IMG/VR virus record: IMGVR_UViG_3300044513_000301
Span: 1 to 37,582 of that record
Origin: a virus
Taxonomy: Duplodnaviria > Caudoviricetes
Reading direction: 5' to 3' (one strand)
Length of the DNA stretch: 37,582 nt
The notes under the pieces are model-generated. The model was not told the origin of the DNA and did no database searches. It saw only the letters and a program-made list of their open reading frames with translations. The position numbers and the translations under genes are program-made. Position 1 is the first letter of the stretch. The number at the start of each line of letters is the position of its first letter. Positions 1 through 9,242 of the stretch are shown piece after piece.

Positions 1-90
1 CAATGTCACCATTCGTTGTGTCTGCTTGAAGAACACGGTTTGTTCCATCTGCCTTTTCGATACTGACAAACTGCGAACCCATAATCCAAA
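1..90. repeat. 90-bp terminal direct repeat (circular assembly overlap), copy 1
   Basis: Bases 1-90 are identical to 37493-37582, and the tail fibre reading frame runs through the join in frame. Confidence 0.97.
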
Positions 91-1369
91 GATTACCTGC
101 GCCACTTTCTTCAATGTAACTGCCAGCCCCATTCACTCCATCAGCACCTGTCGCATCGTGATAAATCCGCAAATCGCCGCCAGACTTTGTACCAAACACA
201 GCCTTGACATTATCACTGAAGGACAAGTCACCTGATGTCTTGGTATCTGCCGCATCGCTACGAAGATATGATGCGCTACTAATTCCATCTAAGGTATCAG
301 CATCTAGACCACTCCCAGCACCATCAACAGTCTTTATAAGGGTAAGTATCTCTGATGCAGTCTGGTCTGCCGTAGCTCCAGCTTCAATACCATCGAGCTT
401 AGTACCATCAGTTGATACATCTCGACCGTCTACATTGCCGGAAGTAATAAGATTAGGAACAGTGACGTTTCCTGTAAAGGTTGCACCGTTTAATGCAGCA
501 AAACCTGTACCTGAGATATAAGCAGCAACCCATGCAGTACCATTGTATAGCTTGATTGCCCCAGCGTCAGAATTGTAATACAGACTTCCAGCTACCAAAG
601 CATCACCGTCATTATCTACTGTTGGTTCTGTAGAATTAGTGAATGTACCAAGGTATCTGTCATCAAAGTTATCGTAAGCTGCTAAAGCACTGTCTCTTGC
701 TGCTTCAGCTGCAGTTTGTGCTGAGGATGCTGAAGATGCGCTTGATGCCGCTGCTGACGCTGATGCGGCTGCTGCTAGCTTATCTGTGTTAACAATAGCC
801 TTATCAGCAGCAACAGTTGCTTTATCTGACGCTACTGCTGTTCTATCTGCAGCTGTTGAGGCTGCGTCTGCATTGGTTAAAACTACGTCAGCATTTGTAA
901 TAACTACATCAGCAGCAGTGCTTACTGCATCTGAAGAAGCGGAAGAGGCACTTGATGCCGCTGCTGCTTGAGATGAAGCTGCTGCAGATGCTGAAGATAA
1001 AGCATTTGTCTCAGATGTTGCGGCATTATCCTCGCTAGTCGCGGCATTAGATGCGCTTGTCGATGCTTCTCCAGCCTTTGTTGTTGCTATGCCAGCTTGG
1101 GTTGTCGCAGTTGCGGCAGATGTCGAGGCAGATGAGGCACTAGACGCCGCATTAGTTTCTGAAGTCGATGCATTAGCTTCAGAAGTTTCGACAGAAGCCG
1201 CACTTGCGGCACTAGCTGTGGCAGAAGCAGCACTAGATGAAGCAGATGAAGCTGCTGCTGTTTCTGAAGCTGCAGCCGCAGCAGCCGAAGCTGCCGCTGC
1301 GTCAACGTCTGTTTGAATAGTGTTTTCTACAGTACTTGTAGATCCTGATTTCTGGAAGAAGCTGCTCAT
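1..1369 (-). CDS. Tail fibre protein, N-terminal part (continues at 37492 down to 35715; ~1048 aa in total)
   Basis: Not in the ORF track. ATG at 1369 overlaps the upstream TAA (TAATG). Reads MSSFFQKSGSTSTVENTIQ..., then a long Ala/Ser/Thr repeat, FDDRYLG..., and GAGSGLDADTLDG. Position 82 equals 37574 and 1369-82 = 429 codons, so it is in frame with the 619-aa ORF. Confidence 0.9.
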   Translation of the reverse strand, partial: MSSFFQKSGSTSTVENTIQTDVDAAAASAAAAAASETAAASSASSSAASATASAASAASVETSEANASTSETNAASSASSASTSAATATTQAGIATTKAGEASTSASNAATSEDNAATSETNALSSASAAASSQAAAASSASSASSDAVSTAADVVITNADVVLTNADAASTAADRTAVASDKATVAADKAIVNTDKLAAAASASAAASSASSASSAQTAAEAARDSALAAYDNFDDRYLGTFTNSTEPTVDNDGDALVAGSLYYNSDAGAIKLYNGTAWVAAYISGTGFAALNGATFTGNVTVPNLITSGNVDGRDVSTDGTKLDGIEAGATADQTASEILTLIKTVDGAGSGLDADTLDGISSASYLRSDAADTKTSGDLSFSDNVKAVFGTKSGGDLRIYHDATGADGVNGAGSYIEESGAGNLWIMGSQFVSIEKADGTNRVLQADTTNGDI

Positions 1370-1980
1370 TAGTAATCACCATAGGAATAAGCTGGGTTTA
1401 TGACTTGAGTACCACCAGACATCTCTTGATCATTTGCTTGCTCTTGGACTTCTAAAAGAAAACGCTGATACTTAGTTTCAAACTGTTCTGCGCGTTCATC
1501 CAGGTAAAAGTCAGATGCATAAGTTAAAGCTGAATAGATAATGAGATCCGGCGCAGCTGAAGCTAAGATGTTCTCATCATTGTCTTCTGACATGGCATCA
1601 AATTGACCGTAGTAATATAATGTGACAGTACCATCAGAAGGTTGTGGATGCAGAAGAAGGTCTTGTTGCAGTCTTGTGTAGACATCCGGCTTACCAGCGT
1701 AGGTGTTATTTACTAGCTTGCGAAATTGACTCATTGGCACACGCCGGATCTCGCGGTCACTGTGGTATAACGACACTGTTTCTATGAAGTCAGAAGGAAG
1801 AGTTATACTTTCTGTTTGTGCAGTTATTGTGTAGTTCTTAACCTTCTCATTCATAGCTGTACGCAGCTGGCGTTCAACACGACCAATGCCGTCAGTAATG
1901 AACCGGACTGCCTGTGCGTCTGTAATGTCAGACCTGTTCAAGACATCCTTGAAGTGTGTCTTCAGTTCACCGTAGTTCAT
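1369..1980 (-). CDS. Head-tail adaptor / tail tubular protein A-like
   Basis: 203 aa starting MNYGELKT..LNRSD, typical size and position between capsid and tail fibre; inferred from position and recalled similarity. Confidence 0.65.
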   Translation of the reverse strand: MNYGELKTHFKDVLNRSDITDAQAVRFITDGIGRVERQLRTAMNEKVKNYTITAQTESITLPSDFIETVSLYHSDREIRRVPMSQFRKLVNNTYAGKPDVYTRLQQDLLLHPQPSDGTVTLYYYGQFDAMSEDNDENILASAAPDLIIYSALTYASDFYLDERAEQFETKYQRFLLEVQEQANDQEMSGGTQVINPAYSYGDY

Positions 1981-2225
1981 GTCTTGGATCTCCGTGATTT
2001 ACTACCTGAGCATCGCCACTTCTTCCGGCTAAGTCTCAGTGGACTGTTGGGGTCTTTAGCTGCCTTGGGGTGTTTCTTCATCTGACCTGCAGACCTGGCG
2101 CAGTAGCTGTCGCCCTTCTTAGTACCTGGGGCTATCGTGTATCCCTTAGCACCATACCGAACCGTCTTAGTTCGACCAGTCTTCGGGTTCTTGATAGTCT
2201 TAGAGTACTTTTTACCTGCAGCCAT
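1977..2225 (-). CDS. Small very basic protein (SYCAR...DPNS...KKWRC type)
   Basis: 82 aa, K/R-rich, overlaps both neighbours at start/stop codons. Confidence 0.8.
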   Translation of the reverse strand: MAAGKKYSKTIKNPKTGRTKTVRYGAKGYTIAPGTKKGDSYCARSAGQMKKHPKAAKDPNSPLRLSRKKWRCSGSKSRRSKT

Positions 2226-2524
2226 TAGACACTCTTTTCCGTTGTGATAAAGTCCTCTAGGTTCTCAGCTTTAAGCCTTTTGATGATCTCTTGTGGCGTC
2301 TTAGTACCATCGAGGATGTTGAAACCTTCGCGTATCCACTTTTCCACTACGATTACTGGAATAGATGCAACGCGCATGTATTCACCTTCTCGAACCTCAG
2401 AGCTATTGTTCTTCTCTTCTTTTAGTGAAGTGAGAAAGTCGTCAGACAGATGTTGATCCTTGCGAACAAACAAGCCGTCAGCGTTTGCGTCCCAGCTTGG
2501 GACGACATCAATCAGTTTAGTCAT
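2225..2524 (-). CDS. Hypothetical protein downstream of capsid (99 aa)
   Basis: Start moved from 2551 to ATG 2524 because AAGGAG lies just upstream; contains RVASIP..VVEKW. Confidence 0.8.
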   Translation of the reverse strand: MTKLIDVVPSWDANADGLFVRKDQHLSDDFLTSLKEEKNNSSEVREGEYMRVASIPVIVVEKWIREGFNILDGTKTPQEIIKRLKAENLEDFITTEKSV

Positions 2525-2544
2525 GATATCTCCTTGGATATGAA

Positions 2545-2589
2545 GATGCACAGCCAGGGGAAGGAGAGCAAAACCCCCAGCTGTGCATC
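2545..2589 (-). promoter_or_regulatory. RNA hairpin with anti-RBS loop in capsid 3' UTR
   Basis: mRNA-strand GAUGCACAGCUGGGGG-UUUUGCUCUCCUU-CCCCUGGCUGUGCAUC: 16-bp stem with two G-U pairs that form only on the minus strand. The loop is complementary to 4815-4827. Confidence 0.75.
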
Positions 2590-2601
2590 ATTAGTTAGAA
2601 C

Positions 2602-3486
2602 TTAGGACAGGCCAGTGATCATACCGTCTGCGCTGAAGTTCATGTGCTTGAGTGACATTTCACCCACGACAAAGTGCTTGTCGGCATCGCCATTCTTCGC
2701 AAGCAAGGTGCGTGTGAACGGACGAAGGGTGATTGAACGCCACATTGCTGGATCATACAGGAATGCATGAGTTGTCAGCTGGTGACGGTTAAGCACGACA
2801 TTGTATGTACCGAATGGTGATACATAGATATCGACTACGTTAGTCACTGTTCCGGAGTCACCGAAGTCACGGCGGCGTCCTGAAGCTGCAGCAAAGTCAG
2901 CAAGGATAGTTGCGTCTGATGGTTTGATCATCATGACTGTTGGTTCTGAACCGTTGTCATAGCAGTCTTCACCAAGCTCAAGTAACTTAGCTTCTGTCAG
3001 CGCGTCAGTTGCATTAGCACCTGCGTCAACAGAAGTTGAGATCATTTGAGTAGCTGAAGCCATCTCACGCGCAGTTGAACTGTCACCAGTTACAGCTGCA
3101 TTATCGACACCAATATAGGCACGTTCTAGGTCACGCTTGATCTCTTTCAAAACCTTAGAAAGTTGATAAGCGGTCTCTTTAGCCCTGCCGTAGGTACGAA
3201 TGGCATCACTTGTGGCACTTACACTAAAAGCCTTGCTCAGGATTTGGGTGTTATTAGTGCGTGAAGTGGTAGGCGTGAGGGTTACTAATGAGGCATCAGC
3301 ACCTTCAACCTGCGCGTTGTTGGCGGCGGCTGCAAGGCTATCTTCCATCCATTCAAACACGCGAGCATTTACCTTTTCATCCTTAATGGATGTATAAAAA
3401 GGCACATCAGTAGGTGTGATATCCGTAATTAGATCGGAAACGTCTTCAGCTTTGCCGACCTGATCATAAGTTGTAAAAGTTGCCAT
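2602..3486 (-). CDS. Major capsid protein (SU10/DUF5309-like)
   Basis: 294 aa directly after the scaffold; motifs G.AEDVSDLI.DITPTD.PF, FEW.ED.L, NNTQI, KEIKRDLE; GGAG RBS. Confidence 0.88.
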   Translation of the reverse strand: MATFTTYDQVGKAEDVSDLITDITPTDVPFYTSIKDEKVNARVFEWMEDSLAAAANNAQVEGADASLVTLTPTTSRTNNTQILSKAFSVSATSDAIRTYGRAKETAYQLSKVLKEIKRDLERAYIGVDNAAVTGDSSTAREMASATQMISTSVDAGANATDALTEAKLLELGEDCYDNGSEPTVMMIKPSDATILADFAAASGRRRDFGDSGTVTNVVDIYVSPFGTYNVVLNRHQLTTHAFLYDPAMWRSITLRPFTRTLLAKNGDADKHFVVGEMSLKHMNFSADGMITGLS

Positions 3487-3515
3487 TTGATTACTCCAAT
3501 CTGGCTATGGGTTGA

Positions 3516-4550
3516 TTACTCTTCCCAACGACTCATGATTGCATCAGCGATATCATCCAGATCCCTTGAGTTACGAAGTTTAGACTGGGCTTCTTTAGCC
3601 TTAGCCATACGCCTGTCAACTTTAGTTGCAGGAGCTTTCTTACTTCGAAGCACTCTCTGTTGTTGTTTTGCAGTTGTCTTCTTCTTGACGGCAACCTTCT
3701 TACCTTGGTCAAACATCCTGGCTTTGTTCAGTAACTTGATCACTACTGGATCTACATACTGATCGACCTGCTGCTGGGGTAAACCCTCAGATACGGCATA
3801 AGCCCTGATGTCGTTGTACAGGTTGTTAGACCAGTCTGGGATCTCCGTTTGAAGAACCTTGACTGCTTCTGATGCCTGTTGTTTTAAGGCTTGTTGTTGC
3901 TGTTGCTTGAGTTCATTATAGAAGTTATCAGCTTCTGATTGTAAAAACTTGATATTCTCTTCGGCTGCCTGAGCTTCCTTACGCAGCTGGGCAAACTCAG
4001 ATGCATCCATTGTTCTGGAAGCAACTAGCATATCCACGTCTGCATAGGGTTTATACTGCTCTTGAGCCTTCTCAAGTAACTTCTGCATAACCACATGGGT
4101 CTTTTCGATATTCGCGTCAGCAATCTTTCGTTGCTGGGCTACGTCTTGAGACTTTCGAGTTAAAGACGCCTCTTGACCGTAGAGCCGCTTCAAGTCAGAC
4201 ACAGATACTTGTAGATCTTCGCCGTCAACGGTGACATTAACAAGTGAGTCCTCAGAAAGTACTTCAGCTGTTTGTTCAGCTTCTTCTGTATCATCATCTT
4301 GTTCGTCTTCGTCTTCAGCATCTTCAAGGTCTTCGTCATCATCGACTTCGACTTCTTCGATAGCTTCGTCTTCATCATCAAACAGTTCACCTTGGTCTGT
4401 CTCATCGGCTTCGGTGGCTGTCGCCTCTTCCGTAGGTTCTGAGTGATCCTTTTCGGGACGCTCTTCCCATCCGGCTAGAATGGCATCTGCAGCATCATCC
4501 ACATCATTCAGGATGCGCTGCTCTTTTTGGGTTTCATTTAAGTCGCTCAT
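3516..4550 (-). CDS. Capsid scaffolding protein
   Basis: 344 aa with highly acidic N-terminus, VTVDGE..VSVSDL...Y......TRKSQ motif and coiled-coil character; lies between portal and capsid. Confidence 0.82.
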   Translation of the reverse strand: MSDLNETQKEQRILNDVDDAADAILAGWEERPEKDHSEPTEEATATEADETDQGELFDDEDEAIEEVEVDDDEDLEDAEDEDEQDDDTEEAEQTAEVLSEDSLVNVTVDGEDLQVSVSDLKRLYGQEASLTRKSQDVAQQRKIADANIEKTHVVMQKLLEKAQEQYKPYADVDMLVASRTMDASEFAQLRKEAQAAEENIKFLQSEADNFYNELKQQQQQALKQQASEAVKVLQTEIPDWSNNLYNDIRAYAVSEGLPQQQVDQYVDPVVIKLLNKARMFDQGKKVAVKKKTTAKQQQRVLRSKKAPATKVDRRMAKAKEAQSKLRNSRDLDDIADAIMSRWEE

Positions 4551-4557
4551 GGTAGAC

Positions 4558-4815
4558 TTATTCCCCTTCGCTGTTGTTGCGAGAAACGATGATTTCGTCC
4601 CTGACGTTTACTCGCTGTTGTAGAGTATGGACGATATCAACTAAGGCACGGTAGAAAGCATAAGCGGTTTCACGCTCTGCTGCCTGATCCGGCTTTGTTG
4701 CTGTGAATGAACTAAACGTGGACTCGACAAGACTGTTAATAGTCCTGTTAAATACATTGTTATTAAGTAAGACCTCAGCATCATCACCAGCTGCGATCAG
4801 TTCATCATCATTCAT
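4558..4815 (-). CDS. Hypothetical protein between portal and scaffold (85 aa)
   Basis: Strong RBS AAGGAGAGCAAAATG; stop lies 7 nt before the scaffold ATG. Confidence 0.85.
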   Translation of the reverse strand: MNDDELIAAGDDAEVLLNNNVFNRTINSLVESTFSSFTATKPDQAAERETAYAFYRALVDIVHTLQQRVNVRDEIIVSRNNSEGE

Positions 4816-4833
4816 TTTGCTCTCCTTTGGTTG

Positions 4834-4953
4834 TTAGGATTTACGCATCTTCTTTGATGCTTTCTTCTTTGCACTTTGTTTGGCTGCTGCTTTCTTAGCT
4901 GCTGCCATACCTGACTTTGTGTATGGGTATTTCTTTCCGGCTACATAAGGCAT
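4834..4953 (-). CDS. 39-aa Lys/Ala-rich basic protein
   Basis: Translated by hand: MPYVAGKKYPYTKSGMAAAKKAAAKQSAKKKASKKMRKS; fills the gap after the portal; AGGA upstream. Confidence 0.75.
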   Translation of the reverse strand: MPYVAGKKYPYTKSGMAAAKKAAAKQSAKKKASKKMRKS

Positions 4954-4959
4954 GTCGTG

Positions 4960-6993
4960 TTATCCTGTTGGGCTAGCTATTCCACGGACATCTGTCGATG
5001 ACTTCATGAGGACATCAAGTTCACCTTCGTCTATCCGTCTCTTGTGAGCGAATTGCTCTTCCTTTAGATCCATCTGGTCAGACTTCAGTGAATGATCAGC
5101 CTGGGCTTTCATTGCATCCAGTTCTGCTTTCAACTGGGCAATCTGTATGTCTGACTGCGCTCTAGCTTCTGCCAGGGCTGTCTGACGTTCTTGGATCTCT
5201 AGCTGTTTCTGTGCCATCTGCATCTGCATCATCTGCGCTGGGTCAGGTTGCTGAGGTGGCAGCTGATCCGGTGGTGTCAGATACTCTTCTGCGTTAAGGT
5301 ATCCGGACTGCTCCATGATCTTGGTCATCAGCTTGTATCGGTTCTGCGGTGTATACAGGGGCTGCAGCATGGGGTCTTGGCTAAACAAGCTATGCATAGC
5401 CATGAGCTTCTGCGCTTCGCGCTCTTGCTCGCCATATCCCAGCTTTAGCTCTACCATCACGTCTCTACGGTCTTCTAGTGACGCCGGATCGATAGGCACA
5501 AAGTTACCTGCAATCTCAATAATACGCTCTTCTGTCTCGTTCTCGACAATAAGTCTGTATGTTTCCATCCACAGTTTGCGAATGAAGTTGTTGGCAAAGT
5601 TCCTGGCTACGATCTTCTGACGCTGTTGTGACATAGTCGCCAGCTGCTCGATCATTGCCGCACTGTTCTGTTTAGATACAGCGTCTTTATTCATGCCCTT
5701 AGATAGCTGTGATATCCCTGTTGTATCTTCTAGGTCTTCTTCTAATAGCTTTAGTGTCTGGAAGATAAATGGGTTCAGCGGTGCTTGTGGCAGTGGAGAG
5801 ATAGCATCCGGTCTGGACGTGTTTACGATCCCACCTACCCTTGAGTCAATTAGCTCCCTGGGGTTGGTTAACGCGCCTTTGACTACCATGTATCGAGGGT
5901 TATTAGAGATCACTGCATGGTCTAGAATTGATCTGGTAAGTACTGACCTGGCATTCTGTGTGCTGATAACCTTCTCAGCAAAGTTACTACCAAAGAAAGC
6001 ATGGGGTATCGGCAGCGGAACGAAGGCAACGAAAGGCAGACGGTCTACCTGCTCGATGTCGAGCAATGCATTACCTGCTTTGACTACACGGTGTAGTTCA
6101 GCTTCACCTGTTCCAGCAACATCCAGCATCATATATGCTTCGTAGACCATCACGCTGCGAACCTGGTCTTGGTAGTTATCAGCGTTAAAGCCACGGTCTG
6201 CGCCTACGTCTTCATGCCTGGCTAATACCTCTGGATCTGTCTCACGTTCTACGTCTTCATGGTCACCGATGTTTGCAATGACTTCTTCATCATATCCCAT
6301 CTGACGCAACTCAGTGATGGTCTTACGCATACGGTGAGCGCAGAAGTTGATATCAGTCATAGATAAAGACTTGGCTTGTGGTTCGATGACGAACTCTTCA
6401 GGGGCAATAGCCTCTACCTTGACCTGGCTAGTATCTTTCTCGACAAACAACGTGCCGGAGATCAGACCTAGATCATTCTCAGTTGACTCACCAAGCTCTA
6501 TACCGTCTTCCATAAGGACTACGTCTAGTTCGTCCGGCGTGACCTGTTCAAACTCACGTTCAACAATGTCAGTACTAGATTGCCAGTATACTTTTGCTAG
6601 ACCTACTCTAGAGGTTAGGCCATCGTGTATAACGCTGCTGAAGACGTTATAAGCGTCATTCTGGCGGTATAGAACGTAGTCAGTATACTTTGTGGCTATC
6701 TCAGCTAAAGGCACGTCCTGGGGGCTTTGAGGGGCAAAACGTACAATGTTATTCCCAGCTGAGAATGTCTCTAACAATGACGCTTTTAGTGACTCAACAG
6801 AGTTATAAACATCCTGGCTGACATACTTACTGTTTCCATCATGGGTTGGCTTCGGTGAAGATGCGTTATAATAGCTGGTGACAAGCTCGCGCTCTCTACT
6901 AATGTCGCTGTCATAATACCCCACGGATCTGTGGATATTATCATCGACCAGCTTTAGTATCTCGCGGTCATTTAGTTCTTTGTAATCATCCAT
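4960..6993 (-). CDS. Portal protein (P22/SU10-like)
   Basis: 677 aa following terL; SKYVSQDV, RFAP..PQD..AE.AT.Y and PEEFVI motifs; Gln-rich C-terminal barrel-like tail. Confidence 0.88.
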   Translation of the reverse strand: MDDYKELNDREILKLVDDNIHRSVGYYDSDISRERELVTSYYNASSPKPTHDGNSKYVSQDVYNSVESLKASLLETFSAGNNIVRFAPQSPQDVPLAEIATKYTDYVLYRQNDAYNVFSSVIHDGLTSRVGLAKVYWQSSTDIVEREFEQVTPDELDVVLMEDGIELGESTENDLGLISGTLFVEKDTSQVKVEAIAPEEFVIEPQAKSLSMTDINFCAHRMRKTITELRQMGYDEEVIANIGDHEDVERETDPEVLARHEDVGADRGFNADNYQDQVRSVMVYEAYMMLDVAGTGEAELHRVVKAGNALLDIEQVDRLPFVAFVPLPIPHAFFGSNFAEKVISTQNARSVLTRSILDHAVISNNPRYMVVKGALTNPRELIDSRVGGIVNTSRPDAISPLPQAPLNPFIFQTLKLLEEDLEDTTGISQLSKGMNKDAVSKQNSAAMIEQLATMSQQRQKIVARNFANNFIRKLWMETYRLIVENETEERIIEIAGNFVPIDPASLEDRRDVMVELKLGYGEQEREAQKLMAMHSLFSQDPMLQPLYTPQNRYKLMTKIMEQSGYLNAEEYLTPPDQLPPQQPDPAQMMQMQMAQKQLEIQERQTALAEARAQSDIQIAQLKAELDAMKAQADHSLKSDQMDLKEEQFAHKRRIDEGELDVLMKSSTDVRGIASPTG

Positions 6994-8564
6994 TATATCA
7001 TCTCTATGTAGTGATCATCATCGATTTCTACTGGTTGCCACGCGCCTTCATGAACGTGATTAGCCAGGGCTAGGCTCATCACACAGTCATCAAAACAACC
7101 TGACTCAGCTTCCATCGCCCCTGAGTTCGTTACGATGTAAGTAAGCATTTCGCGTATTGTGGTTTTGTCATTAAGTTCTAGATCTTCTTCGCGCATAGAC
7201 GCTCGAAGCTCATCGATCACAAGCGGTTTAGTCTTTGCTGTTGTTGTGAAACCAAGTCTGACTGTCTCTTTGTCGGTCAGCTTGTCTACTTGGACATCAG
7301 TGTAGAAGTTAGGATAAGCCATATCCTTACCCAGGCGCGTACAGGTTAATATTCCGTGTCCGTTGTTTTCGACAATGATAAACGCCTCGTTATAGTAGAG
7401 ACCAAGCTCGTAGAGGACTTCGGCGAAGAAATCTGGGTGGACTTGTCCACGCCAGGTGGCAACCTGTCGTTTCTTGCTGTCGAGTACTTGTGCGACACTG
7501 AAGTCCCCATTCTTAACACCCATGGCAACATCAGCCCCAATGACATACTGTTCTCCTGGATCATGTGTAATATAGGTTGTCAGCTCACCCCTACTGTGGT
7601 TGCACCACTCACCGCCTTCTAGTGCTAGACGTTCCTTAACATCCCTGGCTTCTTCCAGGGTTTCTTGCAGCTGGTCAGGGTTGAATACCGGACGACCAGT
7701 GGTTAGGAAGGCTTCTTCTGGGTAGCTTGGGTATTCCTGGCGAAACAGGTCATAGCCGTTCTGTGCAATCTTACGTCTTCTAAACATAAGCTGCTCATGG
7801 TCTAAGTCGTATTTATCGACTAGCTCTTCTTCGTCAGGGGTAATCTCGAAGTTGTCAGGAACTGGCTCACGGTACTCTGGGTCTGTATACCAAGGTATAA
7901 ACACCGGAACATAACCATTAGTTCCTTCTACCGCCCCTTTCCAAAGGTCATAAAATACACCACTAACACCGTTAGCCGTGCTTTCAATATAGACAGCAGT
8001 ATCCTTAGTGTTTGGTACAGCTTGAGCAAGACCATTCCAGATATCTTGCTGAGTACTCTTAGGCCAAAAAGCAAGCTCAGAAGCATGAACGTGAGTAAGG
8101 GTCTCACCGCGCCCAACACTATCACCGCCAGCTGTTGCAACAACATATGAAGAGTCGAGGACATCGAATGACAATTCCCTTCGAGAGCTATATTTAGTTG
8201 ATGGCTTTAGGATATCAGGGCAATGTGAATGATATCTTCTCGTCATATCAAACAAAGCTCTTGTACTGTCGGCGTGGTGTGTCACCACCATTGCCTTTTG
8301 CGCTTTACGTTGGCTGACTGAGAAGTAAAGATAACCGCCGACATATGTGGACAGACCTTGCTGCCGTGCTTTAAGAATGATGATGCGGATCTTACCCTCA
8401 GTCTGGAGTTGTTCCGTGACTGCTTTGTTTAAGATTTGCTGGGCTGGGTTTAGGACTAGGGGTGCTACCTCTCCTTGCTTTGTCCTAATCTTTAATGCTG
8501 CTTTTGAGTAGAACGCAAAGTCTTCACGCAGTCTCTTCCGTACTGCTAGAAGTTCTTTCTTCAT
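6993..8564 (-). CDS. terL: Terminase large subunit
   Basis: ILKARQQGLST (Walker A variant), VHASE (Walker B), ESTANG coupling motif, nuclease IGADVA and FDDCVMS. Confidence 0.95.
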   Translation of the reverse strand: MKKELLAVRKRLREDFAFYSKAALKIRTKQGEVAPLVLNPAQQILNKAVTEQLQTEGKIRIIILKARQQGLSTYVGGYLYFSVSQRKAQKAMVVTHHADSTRALFDMTRRYHSHCPDILKPSTKYSSRRELSFDVLDSSYVVATAGGDSVGRGETLTHVHASELAFWPKSTQQDIWNGLAQAVPNTKDTAVYIESTANGVSGVFYDLWKGAVEGTNGYVPVFIPWYTDPEYREPVPDNFEITPDEEELVDKYDLDHEQLMFRRRKIAQNGYDLFRQEYPSYPEEAFLTTGRPVFNPDQLQETLEEARDVKERLALEGGEWCNHSRGELTTYITHDPGEQYVIGADVAMGVKNGDFSVAQVLDSKKRQVATWRGQVHPDFFAEVLYELGLYYNEAFIIVENNGHGILTCTRLGKDMAYPNFYTDVQVDKLTDKETVRLGFTTTAKTKPLVIDELRASMREEDLELNDKTTIREMLTYIVTNSGAMEAESGCFDDCVMSLALANHVHEGAWQPVEIDDDHYIEMI

Positions 8565-9039
8565 GCTCGATGCTCTCTTTATCTTCTACGATTAATGCTT
8601 CTAGAAACTGCTCTGCTCTAGACACGCTGAGTTCATTCTTGCTGGCTGGTTTCTGCTTAGTGAAGTCTAGGACTAGACGTGCAGCCGCCAGTCTTTCCCT
8701 GGTCTCGCCAGGTACTCTTAGGATCTCAACAGCTGCTTCTAATGCCTCTGTTGCATAATTATCTTCTATGCCAAACTTATCTGCCATAACTGATACAATC
8801 TCTTTCGCGTTTTGTTTCTCACGTTCCCTGATCGGCTCGATCATCTGCTTACGATAGCCGTCAGGCACTCCGACAGGGCGTCCGGTGCTTTTCTTACGTT
8901 CCTTAGCCCACTTTGCTCTTAATGCTCTTCCTTCGGGTGTTTTGCCTAGCTCCGCGAAGTAGTTTGTCTTCGGGGCTTTCTGAGGGTGTTTCAGACCTGT
9001 TCTGGGGGGAGCTTTCGCTCTTTGTCGCCGCTGCTGCAT
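8524..9039 (-). CDS. Putative terminase small subunit
   Basis: 171 aa, basic N-terminus and helical C-terminus, directly upstream of and overlapping terL; GAGG RBS. Function is inferred from position. Confidence 0.55.
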   Translation of the reverse strand: MQQRRQRAKAPPRTGLKHPQKAPKTNYFAELGKTPEGRALRAKWAKERKKSTGRPVGVPDGYRKQMIEPIREREKQNAKEIVSVMADKFGIEDNYATEALEAAVEILRVPGETRERLAAARLVLDFTKQKPASKNELSVSRAEQFLEALIVEDKESIEHEERTSSSTEETA

Positions 9040-9232
9040 TGATAGCCTCGTCTAAAGTTCTTGATACAATACCCCTGGTTATCTTACTGAACCGACATAA
9101 CTGTTCAGCTGGTAGCTCATGCCTCATCTCTTCGAGAATGGCTTTCTTGTCAGACTTATCTAGCTTTGTGTGATCACTAACCTTGTGGATAGTATCCAGC
9201 ATCGCGACTAAGTCAGATGCACTAGTTAACAT
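8903..9232 (-). CDS. Hypothetical protein (109 aa)
   Basis: AAGGAG RBS before the ATG; 3' part overlaps the next ORF by 137 nt. Confidence 0.7.
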   Translation of the reverse strand: MLTSASDLVAMLDTIHKVSDHTKLDKSDKKAILEEMRHELPAEQLCRFSKITRGIVSRTLDEAINAAAATKSESSPQNRSETPSESPEDKLLRGARQNTRRKSIKSKVG

Positions 9233-9242
9233 TATACTCTCC

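Noticed and set aside
1-90. Biological terminal repeat of the virion DNA
   Set aside because: It falls inside the tail fibre reading frame, as expected for an assembler circularisation overlap.
700-1310. CRISPR-like or tandem DNA repeat array
   Set aside because: The gctgc/gatgc repetitiveness is explained by Ala/Ser-rich coding of the tail fibre; there is no fixed repeat-spacer periodicity.
2545-2589. T7 T-phi-like terminator or capsid read-through/frameshift signal
   Set aside because: No U-tract follows the stem, the loop is unusually large, and read-through of the TAA meets another stop within about 27 codons; no slippery site was recognised.
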